From the NCBI RefSeq assembly GCF_001194135.2, contig NC_068982.1, positions 74,076,712-74,110,179 on the forward strand: a DNA stretch of 33,468 nt. The letters are read 5' to 3'. The DNA is from Octopus bimaculoides (lineage: Eukaryota). Every line of letters starts with the position of its first letter. Positions within the stretch are counted from its first letter, which is position 1. The notes below the pieces were generated by a model. That model searched no databases, was not told the DNA's origin, and worked only from the letters and a program-made list of their open reading frames with translations. The position numbers and the translations under genes were made by a program. This document shows positions 22,190 to 33,137 of the stretch, in pieces.

Positions 22190-22420
22190 TGTGTGTGTGT
22201 CTGTGTATTGTCTTGGTTTTACATGGTTGTTGTAAACAAATCTCACTGTCATGCAAGTAGTGTCCATTTCTAATCTTCTGTTAAAAAAATTATCTTGTCA
22301 TGAGAAAATATTTACCTTGCTTGGAATGAGGTGTAGGTTGGTGACATGGCATACAGCCATATAAAAGTTTGCCAAAACAAACTGTGTTCTGACCCATGTG
22401 AACATGGAAAAATGGATGGT
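22190..22420 (+). mobile_element. 3' half of composite SINE
   Basis: (TG)n then linker, TTTACCTTGCTTGGAA...GACCCATGTGAACATGGAAAAATGGA. Confidence 0.55.
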
Positions 22421-23049
22421 AAAAACTAGGATAAGGGATTTAAAAAATAAGTAAAAAAACAATGTGCTATGAGATAAAAAAAAAGTAATACCTATAATTT
22501 TGAACTCAGTTCTTCATTGGAGAGTCAACTCCATTAGTTTTCATAAATTCTAGACCTATTCTTTTGTTGGTTTGTGTCATTGGAGTGAGGTCCTATTGGG
22601 GCACACCTTCAAAAACTTTTAGTTGATTAGTACTTACTTCACTCTAGTGCTTAATTTGTCAACCTTTATTTGTCTGACTGCTCAGTTACAAGTCATAAAC
22701 AACAATTTTATATGCAATTGAAAAAACAAAAAATTATTTTGAGGTGGTTCAACACATTGAAATTAGGTAATTATTTTGTATGTTAGCTTAACCTGGCATC
22801 TTGGGAAAGTCATTGCCTAAATTGATCTGTATGGCGTTAAATGTGTCACAATGCATGCAAACAATTTGAGTTGAAGAAAAAGAACAGAAGAACTACATCC
22901 TACAACCAACAGACATGATTACCCAATCCCAGGCAAAATGAAAATCATTGTTGCGACTTCATAGCAAAATTCATACCTGGGCTAAAATTACATTCATGCA
23001 TCCTTTGCATATAGATGCAGCTTCTTAGTGTTTTTTTTCTTTCTTTAAG

Positions 23050-23139
23050 ACCTCTCCTTCAAACACTCATACATCGAAACTGATGGGAGCGACCATCATA
23101 TGTTGATCAGAGCCACAGGACATGCAACTACAGGTAAAA
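23050..23139 (+). CDS. Candidate internal coding exon (LSFKHSYIETDGSDHHMLIRATGHATTG[K])
   Basis: Strong acceptor TTTTTTTCTTTCTTTAAG|. Two in-frame donors, CAG|GTAAAA (23134) and AAA|GTGAGT (23140). Only one frame is open (phase 1-1). Unique, non-repetitive sequence. No homologue recognised. Confidence 0.45.
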
Positions 23140-23408
23140 GTGAGTTTAAATCCACTGCAGGTATTTTATTGCAATTTATGTGCAAAGCACTTTATTCTGC
23201 ATTGTCATAGTTTGCATGTCCACCAGAAACAAGTACCAAATCATCTGGGAATATTAATTGCAGAGTGTTTTGGCACAGTTGTTCTGGCATTGCTGATTCA
23301 ATACTGACTTAAATGACAGGAGACATTTTAATGTTTCTCTATTGCTCTCCCTATCCCTCTCTGTTTATCTGTATGTGTATATTTCTGTATGGGTATACAT
23401 TTGTGTGT

Positions 23409-23800
23409 GTGTTGTGGAGGCGCAATGGCTCAGTGGTTAGGGCAGCGGACTCGCGGTCATAGGATCGCGGTTTCGATTCCCAGACCGGGCGTTGTGAGTG
23501 TTTATTGAGCGAAAACACCTAAAACTCCACAAGGCTCTGGCAGGGGATGGTGGCAAACCCTGCTGTACTCTTCCACCACAACTTTCTCTCACTCTTACTT
23601 CCTGTTTCTGTTGTGCCTGTAATTCAAAGGGTCAGCCTTGTCACACTCTGTCACGCTGAATATCCCCGAGAACTACGTTAAGGGTACACGTGTCTGTGGA
23701 GTGCTCAGCCACTTGCACGTTAATTTCACGAGCAGGCTATTCTGCTGATCGGATCGACTGGAACCTTCGACGTCGTAAGCGACGGAGTGCCAACAACAAC
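23409..23800 (+). mobile_element. Young full-length tRNA-derived SINE (head type 3) with TSD
   Basis: A box TGGCTCAGTGG, B box GGTTTCGATTCC, CpG-rich body, (CAA)n tail, 11-bp direct repeat CATTTGTGTGT at 23398-23408 and 23805-23815. Confidence 0.9.
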
Positions 23801-24471
23801 ATATCATTTGTGTGTATTTGCTTCCAGTGCCAAAAAGTACTGCTGTTAAAGCAGGCCGAATGTCCAGTCAACTCTGTTAAATTGTCAGCATCCAAGCAGC
23901 TGCACCAAATCATCTCATTCCAGTAGTTTGATGCCTTATCCAAGAGGAGATGAATTTAATGTTTAAACTAGAGATAAGCAGTAGCATCAATATTTCAGAT
24001 GAAAGGATTAAACATTGATAAAAATCCACACCCAAGCAGTTAATATGATAATATTAACTGTTATACATCTACTTGTTCCATGGAAATAGAGCCACTCCAA
24101 ACTCTTCACTATTCTATGTTGCTAAATTTGAATGTTGAGTTGTTTTCTTTTAACAATTTTTTTTTTTGAGCCATCTGACTGTATATAACTCCTTAAATCT
24201 CAATTGTTTCATTGCATCTTTTCCTGTTACTTCCATTGTCTCATTTCCTGGACTTGGCAATTTACACTGCACTCAATCTTTCCTTGTTTTCTAGAATTTT
24301 GAACTTGTTGGAACTCCATATTTTTGTTTTTTCCTCAAAGTGGCTGATCATCATAGGTTCAACCTGAACATTAACCATATTTAACTTCTCCCAGTTGTCT
24401 TCCGTCGTCATCAGATAGCTGTTTTAGATCAATATTTCCCTAACTCTCTCTCTCTAATATATATATATAGT

Positions 24472-24652
24472 AAAATGCATTCAAGCTGGTGCCACATAGA
24501 ATGCACTTGTGCTGGTGCTATGTAAAATGTACTTGTACCAGTGCCATGTAAAATGCACTTGTACTGGTACCATGCAAAATGCACTTGTGTTAGTGACATA
24601 TAAAATGAACTTGTGCTAGTGCCATGTAAACGCACCTGTGCCAGTGACATGT
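24472..24652 (+). repeat. Seven-copy 26-bp tandem array inside an RTE-type 3'UTR
   Basis: Units approximate AAAATGCACTTGTGCTGGTGCCATGT and start at 24472, 24498, 24524, 24550, 24576, 24602 and 24628 (last unit 25 bp). Followed by the RTE tail to ~24823. Confidence 0.9.
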
Positions 24653-25473
24653 ACAAAGCACCAAGCATACTTTGTAAAGTGGTTAGCATTAAGGATGGGT
24701 ATCCAACCATAGAAGCCTTGCTAAAACAAACAATTAGAGCCTGGCCAGCTCTCTGGCTGCTCAGCTCCTGTCAAACCATCAAACCCATGCCAGCATGGAA
24801 AATAAACGTTAAACTTTGATGATACTGTTTACTATAGCAACAAGGGATTTTGTTTTTCTAAGTAGGAAGAAAGAAAGTGTAGGAAGTCCCTTTTTGAAGC
24901 CTTCGATAAAGCAGAATAATTTGGACTTTTGTGAGTTTGTGAGTTCTCCTGAATTACCCTAGGTGGTTTTTCCCTGCTACTGGGTAATTTATTGATAATG
25001 TAGTTATATTTGTAGTTTTGTTGACCTCTTTTTGCTTGATGTTAACCCTCCCCACCACCTTTCAGCATTTTGGGCCTTCTTGGCCAATAGAAGAAGTCAT
25101 AATAATAATTATTAAGGTTGTGAGTTGGCAGAATCATTTGTGTGTTGGACAGCAGTTTTGAGGAGAGAGACCAGGTCAGTTGCTTTAACTCTAGTACTTG
25201 ACTGGTACTTACTTTATTTTATTGACTCTGAAAGGATAAAAATCAAAGTTCGCCACGGCAGCATTTGAACTCAGAATGTAATACTCTCTCGGTGTTTGTA
25301 AGGACTAACTCTTGTAGTGGTGCATATAGTGGTTGTCAGGTATTTTCTGAACATTACCTCAAAAATTGTTCTTAGATACTATTTTAATTTAAGTTACTGT
25401 TTCCAGTGGGTGATCACTAATATACTTTACCTCTTTTCTGATTTCTTGAATAAAATCTTATTTTGGCATCACG

Positions 25474-26076
25474 TTAACCCTTCTGAAACCAACCATATCT
25501 GTGACTACTGCACCTAGTTCTTTGATATGAATTCCGTTTTAAAACAATCTAAGCTAAAACTTGCCATCAAAATTTATGCTTATGTGTTCCAATGACCAGC
25601 AAAGTTGTTTTAAATTCTTCATTATTTTCAGAATTAACTAAAATCATCATCATCGTCGTTTAACGTCCGCTTTCCATGCTAGCATGGGTTGGACGATTTG
25701 ACTGAGGACTGGTGAAACCAGATGGCTACATCAAGGCTCCAATCTGATTTGGCAGAGTTTCTACAGCTGGATGCCCTTCCTAACGCCAACCACTCCGAGA
25801 GTGTAGTGGGTGCTTTTGCGTGCCACCGGCACGAAGGCCAGTCAGGCGGTACTGGCAACGGCCACGCTCAAAATGGTGTATTTTACGTGCTACCTGCACA
25901 GGAGCCAGTTTGGCGGCACTGGCAGCGATCTTGCTCGAATGTCTTTACATGTGCCATCTGGCACAAGTGCCAGGAATGCGATACTGGGCACAGGTGCCAT
26001 GACGAGTTTGCTTTTGCTTGCCCCAACAGGTCTTTGCAAGCCGAGTTTTGTGTCCAATATGGTAACAAAAGGGTAA
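25474..26076. mobile_element. TTAA-type MITE family B interrupted by an RTE-type insertion
   Basis: Left end TTAA|CCCTTCTGAAACCAACC; right end ATATGGTAACAAAAGGG at ~26057-26073; RTE copy in between. Confidence 0.5.
25643..25945 (-). mobile_element. Young RTE-type 3'UTR/tail
   Basis: (CAT)n tail, conserved GGATGCCCTTCCTAACGCC motif, two GCCAGT-N8-ACTGGC units (25837, 25905). Confidence 0.85.
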
Positions 26077-26667
26077 ATGCTGCCCTCTTTCAACAAAGAC
26101 ATAATCATGGCTGATATAAATGTTCGTTGATTCCTCCAGTCTGGCTTTACATGAGAGAGGAGGAGAAAGAGGGAGTAAAAAGAGATACAGAGTTAGCATA
26201 AGAGGTGCGGGATGAGTGTCATAACTTCCTGAAAAGTACAAATTTTTTAATGAAATTTTGCAGAAATAGGTGTTTTATTAAGTAGACTGGATTATGTTGA
26301 TAAAATTAAGAAAAATAACAGCATACTTTTATTGCAAATATACAAAATATACTTCCAAAGTTACCTGTCATTTGATGGGCAACACTCTTGTTATGTTAAT
26401 AATACTGGAAAGTTAAGGTAAAGTTGTAGCAAATCCATAACCCAGTTTTAATTCATCATCGAGGTCATCCTTTACTGTCCGTCTTCCATGCTAGCATGGG
26501 TGGTAATTCTGTATTGTAATTGTTTCACCTTCTTTATATTGCTAATATCCTTAAGAAAAGCATGAATGTCTCTCCTCATTAAGTCTACAAGCTTGTTTTT
26601 AGGAAGAATTTCAAAACTACAGCCTCCTTCATATTGGTATCATTCCCCTCCTCACCACCTATATCTT

Positions 26668-27312
26668 TTATCTTTTACTTGTTTCAGTCATTTGACTGCA
26701 GCTGTGCTGAGGCATGGCCTTGAAGGGTTTTAATTGAACAAATTGACCCCAGGACTAATTTTTTTTTTTTTTTAAAGCCTAGTACTTATTCTATCAGTTC
26801 CTTTTGCCGAACCGTTAAGTTAGGGGGACATAAACACAGTAAAACTGGTTGTCAAGTGGCATTTCTTTATTGCCCACAAGGGGCTAAACACAGAGGGGAC
26901 AAATAAGAACAGACAAAAGGATCAAGTCAATTACACCGACCCCAGTGCGTAACTGGTACTTAATTTATCGACTTAGAAAGAATGAAAGGCAAAGTCGACT
27001 TGGGCGGAATTTGAACTCAGAACATAAAGACACTCGAAATACCGCCAAGCATTTTGCCCGGCGTGCTAACGTTTCTGCCAGCTCATCGCCTTGTTGTCAA
27101 CTGGTTGTCAAGTGATGGTAGGAAACAAACGCAGGCATGAACACACACACACACACATGACAGGCTTTCAGCTTCTGTCTACCAAATCCACTCATAAGGC
27201 TTTGGTTGACCTGAGGCTATAGAAGACACTTGCCCAAGGCGCAATGCAGTGAGACTAAACCTGGAACCATGTGGTTGGGAAGCAAGTTTCTTACCACATA
27301 GCCATGCCTGTG
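26668..27312 (-). mobile_element. SINE head type 1/tail B host element split by a nested SINE
   Basis: Tail B at 26668-26858 and head at 27099-27312 join across the duplicated target. Confidence 0.8.
26859..27092 (-). mobile_element. Full-length head-type-2 SINE nested with a 16-bp TSD
   Basis: AACTGGTTGTCAAGTG at 26843-26858 and 27099-27114; complete head through the ...AAAGAAAT end. Confidence 0.9.
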
Positions 27313-27948
27313 CTCATTATATATTATTGTGTTTGAAGTTCTCAGTTTCCTATTTTTTCTATGCATTCAGTGATTGTTATTATTCTTAGTGCAACAGAAA
27401 TATGTTAACAAAGGAGTTAATCTTCAGTTATTCCATCAGGCTAAATGTGTGTGTGTGTCAGTTACAAAAGGAAACCTAGAAATATTTCATTATCTACATA
27501 TAATTTAAAATTTAATAATATTTAATGAAAAGTTGTTCAATTATCTCCTTGCTGTCTTTCTTGTATACATTCTTTGACCCCTTTTTGTTTGACTGTTATG
27601 TTGAATTTTGTATTTTTTTTTCCTTTGAAGAAGTAAGAACTATGGCCAAACTTTGTTATAGAAATTTTAAAGTTGTCACTCAACACTGAAGATATAAAAT
27701 TAACCCTCTTTAATACCTCTCCCCTCTATAATTACTCTATAATTTTCATTTTCCACTTTACTTATATAGTGTTATGACAAATATATACTGGAATGTTAGG
27801 CTATTATTTTTCAGTTTTCTGAAAATTGTCTTCCAAAAGGAAGAAAAAAGTTTCATAGTCAAGCATTATATTAAGGTCTCTAATTATTGGGCATTTTAGT
27901 TTAGTGGCGTGAGAGTTACAATGGTATAATCTCGTAACTTTTCATGAA

Positions 27949-28240
27949 ATCATCATCATTTAATGTCCTCCTTCTGTGCTGGCATGGGTTGGATGATTTG
28001 ACAGGAGCTGGCCAGGCAGAAGCCTGCACCATACTTCTGTGTCTGTTTTGGTATGTTTTTTTTTTATGGTTGGATGCCTTTCCTAACACCAACCACTTCA
28101 CAGAGTGGACTGAGTGATTTTTATGTGGCATCAGCACACAAATGAGGTCAGTTTTGGCATGGTTTTTGCAGCTGGATGCCCTTCCAAATGCCAATCACAT
28201 TACAATATGGACTGGATGTATTTTAAATGGGCACCTGCAC
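27949..28240 (-). mobile_element. Degenerate RTE-type tail with internal duplication
   Basis: (CAT)n tail; TGGATGCC(C/T)TTCC.AA..CCAA motif occurs twice (~28070 and ~28173). Confidence 0.65.
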
Positions 28241-28254
28241 TGGCAGTTAAGAAT

Positions 28255-28690
28255 TTTTGTTTTACACCTCTTGAGGTCTGGAGGGAAGCGGTAGTGTCCT
28301 TGGATTTTGCAGGTCCACCAGAACAAGCGAGATTGATGTCGTTATTTTCTTGAACCTTTGTAAGTCGACACTTGCAGGGAAAGATATGAGTAAAAAGGGA
28401 ATTCCAGAGGGATGATGTTATGGAGAGGACAGACTGGGCATACTGATTAGTGCAAGGTCTGAGGAGGGGGAGGAGTTGGCTATAACAAGGGCAATGGGAG
28501 GCAGATGAGGATGAGTAGGGTACAGTAGTGCCTGATCAGTTGTGGCATGAAGCCAGCCAGCAGTAAAAAAGGTGGAGAGAGGAGACACCATGCCTGTAGA
28601 GGCTGGAACCTGTCTATTAGTGAGTCTATACCAGTCAGTCAGGAGGCCCTTTTTCTGGATGTAATCTAGGATATCTGTATGCATAGAAAA
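28255..28690 (-). mobile_element. L2/Crack-like LINE 3' end
   Basis: HTDILDYIQKKGLL (cf. LDRIQxRAIRL), TNQYAQSVLSITSSLWNSL, FPASVDLQRFKK, A-rich end. Confidence 0.6.
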
Positions 28691-28924
28691 GACATTCAAT
28701 TTCAGAACCCAGTTGTAACTTATGAATATGAATGCCACATTTGAAAATGAAAACTGCTTGTCACTTGTGGCTTTAAAAACCATTGTAGGTCTCAAGGTCA
28801 TGGAGAAAAAAAAAAAAGACCAAACAGGCTTGGAATCAATTATTGGCTGGTGACAGGAAGGGCATCACGCTGTAGAAATAATAGAAATAAGATGTCAGCA
28901 ATCGTCCCAATTGTCTGAGTTAGC

Positions 28925-29215
28925 AGCTACCACGCACACACACACATGCACATGCACAATTAGGTGTAAACGTTTCCTGAGTTGACGAGGAGAGTAATTG
29001 TGTGTATGTTTGTAGCTCCTTGACATTGCATAATGGTTGTAAATGAATGTCATTTATCATCAGTGTTCTGTGGAAGCATGTTAAGACAAAGGGAACTATT
29101 GAACAGGCTTGGAACCAAGTATTGGCTGGTGATAGGAAGGGCATCACGCTGTAGAAAATCTTTGGTAAACTGTCTGATCCATGCAAGAGGTGGACATTAA
29201 ATGATGATGATTTAT
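28925..29215 (+). mobile_element. 3' half of composite SINE
   Basis: Linker plus GGTGATAGGAAGGGCATC...CCATGCAAGAGGTGGACATTAAATGATGATGAT. Confidence 0.55.
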
Positions 29216-29613
29216 ATGATAAATGACTGTTGTATATTGTTGTGATCTGAAATGAAGTAAGGACTTGTGCTTTGGGTTCTGCTCAAATAGAAGTATGTCA
29301 AAAACGATTTAGCCCTGTTATTTCCTGATTGTATGGTGGGGTTGGGGTTAAGGGGATTAAGTGCATCTTTTTAAACTGAGATGACCAACAAACGGCTTCA
29401 TTATCTTAACTAATCATTGAGTGATAATTGTCAATTGAACTGTAGTATTGACTTACTAACTTCAACTAGTTTACATGGCTGATAAGAAGAACGGGACATT
29501 TATAGTGAACAACTATTGCTGTTGCCTGGAATATTTGCCTAACTTGCTGAATGCTACAAAAACTGGGTCCACAATAAGGCAGTTGGCAATCTGTATGGCT
29601 ATTCTCCACCTTA

Positions 29614-30298
29614 ATTAATCCTTTTTTTATACCAACCTACCTGAAACTGCCCCTAGCACTATGATACAAACTTTTTGTTTAACCCTTTAGTGTTCAGATT
29701 ACTCTGTTAAATGTAATACTTTTTCACTCAAATTGTTTTTAATTAATCATGCATTATCTTATAGCTTTGAGGTTTCAATGATGTGATTGTTTATTTTTAG
29801 AATGTCATTGTAGGTAAGGTGTGAGAGGCTAGATATCGCCAGTTTGAATATAAAACATGCAGAATATCTGGGCCAGATATGGCCGGTTTAAATACTAAAG
29901 GGTTGAACCCTTCAGCATTTAATCTGGCCATATCCGACCTGAATATTATACTTGTTTTATGTTAAAACTAATCAGATCCAACCTCTCACGCCTTCCATAC
30001 AATACCATTCTAAGAATATACATGCATACCATTGAAATCTTGAAGCTACAAGACAATGTGTGATTAATTCAAAACCATGTGAATAAATAAGCAATATATT
30101 TGACAAAAAAATCTGAATGCTGAAGGGTTAAAATGATCTTAACTAGACCTTTCCATTGAAATGAAATATGTTAATTTATGTCCCAAACACTATCTTAATA
30201 GTGACAAAGTTAATTTACTAATTTCTTTATTATTTTCCAAATTATTTGACACAATGGCACAGTGTAATTCAACAGAAATATGGTGAGAAAAGGGTTAA
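29614..30298. mobile_element. MITE family B hosting a nested MITE-A dimer
   Basis: Left TTAATCCTTTTT...ACCAACCTACCTGAAAC; right AACAGAAATATGGTGAGAAAAGGG|TTAA; split at a TTAA. Confidence 0.55.
29679..30131. mobile_element. Head-to-head dimer of MITE family A flanked by TTAA
   Basis: TTAA(29679-82)-CCCTTTAG...CTAAAGGG(29902)-TTGAA-CCCTTCAG(29908)...CTGAAGGG(30127)-TTAA; the two arms are inverted homologues. Confidence 0.85.
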
Positions 30299-30372
30299 TC
30301 TTCAGTTATTCCATTCAAATCCCATCCAAACTGAATGTTTTTTTTTTTCCTTCTGTGCCAGTTCATCATTGT

Positions 30373-30806
30373 TTTATCATCACTTTAGCATCTACTTTTA
30401 CATGCTTGCATGGATTGGACAGAATTTGTTGAGGCAGATTTTCTGTGGCTGGATGCCCTTCCTGTTGCTAACCCTCATCTGCTTTCAAGCAATTTTCTCC
30501 ATGGCAAGACATGACTTCACAGAAGTTTGGAAATGAAAAACATTGCTTGTATGGCAATGATGCTTGTTTACAGCTGTTATGTGATGTCAAGACATGGAGA
30601 CACCAAAACACACACACACACACACACACACATGCACGCGCATGTGACAAACTTCTTTCAGTTTCTGTCCATTAAATCCACTCACAATGCTTTGGTTGGC
30701 TTGGAGGCTATAGTTGAAGACACTTGTCCAAGGTGTCACACACTGGAACTGAACCCGAAAGAATGTGATTGGGAAGCAAACTTCTTTAGCAACTCACACT
30801 TGCTCC
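30373..30806 (-). mobile_element. Composite SINE: head type 1, (CA)n, linker and RTE-type tail
   Basis: Same architecture as 20943-21335 in reverse. Confidence 0.75.
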
Positions 30807-30944
30807 AAGTGGCTTAGAAATTGTACTACAAACTTTTTGTATTGGGGTGTTTTGTAAGTTTTTCACTTGTGAATCTGTTACTGGTTCCTAAATTCTCATC
30901 TTGAGAATATATTAAGATGTATTTATTGTTGACAGATTGTCATC

Positions 30945-31169
30945 TTAACTCTTTAGCCTTCAGATTACTCTGTCAAATGTAATACTTATCTATTTAAATT
31001 TGTTTTGCATTAATCATGCATTATCTCATAGTTTTGAGATTACAATGATGTGTATTTTTAGAATGACTTTGTAGTGTAGGTGTGAATGGCTAGATCGGGC
31101 CAGTTTGAGCATAAAACAGATAAAGAGATAGAATATTTGGACTGGATATGGCTGGTTTAAATGCTAAAT
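30945..31169. mobile_element. MITE family A
   Basis: TTAA|CTCTTTAGCCTTCAGATTACTCTGTCAAATG...GGTTTAAATGCTAAA; collinear with 29683-29902. Confidence 0.8.
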
Positions 31170-31519
31170 GTGTGTTGATGTGTTGTAAAACAAAGTTGAT
31201 TCTAATATCTCAAGGATTCTTTTAGTCAGAGACATTGTGCCTAGAATGTTAGTCCTTCATGCTACATCTACCTCTTTTTTTTTTTATTGTCCTCTATTCA
31301 ATATTAACTATGTACTTCAGTGACCTGTGAAAATATTGGTATATGGACACAACTAAAAATCATCATCATCACCATTTAATAGATAGTAAATACTAGGTTG
31401 CACAATACAGTTGGATCTAACAAGTAGGAGGACCTACTTCATGCTCTACAGTCTGTTTTGGCATAGTTTCTACAACTCCATCTGTGACAGGTGGAGGGAG
31501 AGAGAGAGAGAGAGAGAGA

Positions 31520-31668
31520 GAGCTGAATGTGAATTAGGTTGGTACTCCTTTCCAGCTGAGTAGATTGAAGCAACGTGAAATGAAGGGCCTTGTTTAAGTA
31601 TACTATGCTTTGAAACCAGGACCTTAAAATCACAAGCCCATCACTCTAACCATTAGGCTACATGCCTT
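31520..31668 (-). mobile_element. Degenerate SINE head type 3
   Basis: Forward GCAACGTGAAATGAAG...CACTCTAACCATTAGGCTACATGCCTT, as at 17320-17443. Confidence 0.55.
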
Positions 31669-31737
31669 GTGATTGTAATTATTCAAATTATTAACCTCAT
31701 TTTTAGAGATGAAAATTTTAAAAATATTTTACATAAA

Positions 31738-31993
31738 TGCTTAGCTGTGTAGTTAAGAAATTCGCTTTGTAACCATGTAGTTTTGCATTCAGTTCTACTT
31801 GTGCAGCATCTTGGACAAGTGTCAACTAAGCTCCAGACTGACTAATGTCTTGTGAGTGAATTTGGTTGGTGGAAACTATGGAAACCTGTTATATANNNNN
31901 NNNNNNNNNNNNNNNNNNNNNNNNNNNNNNNNNNNNNNNNNNNNNNNNNNNNNNNNNNNNNNNNNNNNNNNNNNNNNNNNNNNNNNNNNNNNN

Positions 31994-32036
<43 letters not shown>

Positions 32037-32283
32037 TATATGTACACACACATACATACAGTGTGTGTGTGTGTGTTTGTTTTTTGTCCCCCACCATTAC
32101 TTGACAACCAGTGTTGGTTTGTTTATGATCTCACAACATAACTTAGTGGTTTTGTAAAAGAGACCATTAGAGTAAATGCTTGACTTAAAAATAAGTACTA
32201 TGGTCAATCTGTTTGACTAAAAGCTTTGACAGTTTCCCAGTATGATCACAGTCCAATGACTGCAACAAGTGAAAGATAAGAGA
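31738..32283 (+). mobile_element. SINE head type 1, microsatellite/gap and tail B
   Basis: GCTGTGTAGTTAAGAA head, CTTGGACAAGTGT core, then after the gap CTTGACAACCAGTGTTGGTTTGTT...GACTGCAACAAGTGAAAG. Confidence 0.65.
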
Positions 32284-33137
32284 TTTCTTAATTTGATCTC
32301 TGTCATCAGGTGTCTTCTTTGTCGACATATGCATAGTAACATTGGATTTGTAAAGGTTTACATTTGTAGTTTGCACCCTGTTAATTGACAAATACAAACT
32401 GTCCACAAAGAAAAATGTCTTTTAAATGTAATATAATACCATTCGAAATAGTGTTTAGATAAAAAAAAAATCTTTTTTTGGGTTTTTTACAATTTAATTT
32501 ACCACATGAGGTAACAAATACATTTGAATTTACTTTATTCCTTTCTCTTCCTCCTCCTCTTCATATTTTTTTTTTCTTTCACATATCCCTTCTCTTTTTC
32601 TCACTTCATATTTCACACACACATTTAGACACTTTATTTTATATAATATATAATCCTTATTGTTCTGCTATTTGTTTTCCTCTTAAAAACCCACCAAATC
32701 CACTGAAACAACTCGGCAGATGTTTCTATGAAACAGTCATTGTTGTAGGGTAGAGAGAGCTTAGATGGTTTCTGCTGCTAGTTTATCCTTCTAGTCAAAC
32801 AGTAGCAATTAAAATGTTTAAAGAAAAAGTTACCTTTGCCTCCTCATTTATAGTTGAAATTATTACCTTTCTATTCTTACCCTACCTTCCATTAATAAGC
32901 AGTCTGGATATCTGCAAGTGATATCTTATGAGTTTATGTAGTTACCAGCTAGCTATTACTGCAGGTGTAGTTATAGTCTTACCCTGATTTAGAAAACCCT
33001 GGAATATCTGAATATCTGTGAAATACCAGACTTATTTTGTCATTGTTGTGTCTGGTTGTTCTTTGAAATCATTTGTTATCAAGACTTACATGATTCCTGT
33101 TATGCTGAAAAGGACCTGAATTTTTAATAAACATTAT

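Noticed and set aside
23415-23490. Possible tRNA gene (also SINE heads at 7335, 18453, 19987)
   Set aside because: A and B boxes are present but there is no complete cloverleaf or Pol III terminator, and each continues into a SINE body
24200-24380. Minus-strand YGVPTS...ILENKERLSAV, resembling a pogo/CENP-B HTH
   Set aside because: Too short and frameshifted to support a call without a database search
24472-24652. CRISPR-like regular 26-bp repeats
   Set aside because: Units are contiguous with no unique spacers, there are no cas genes, and the context is a eukaryotic retroelement UTR
25722-26114. 130-aa ORF and similar MKPDGNTRLQ... ORFs at 12775, 14581 and 14921
   Set aside because: Antisense readings of the non-coding RTE 3'UTR, with no protein motifs
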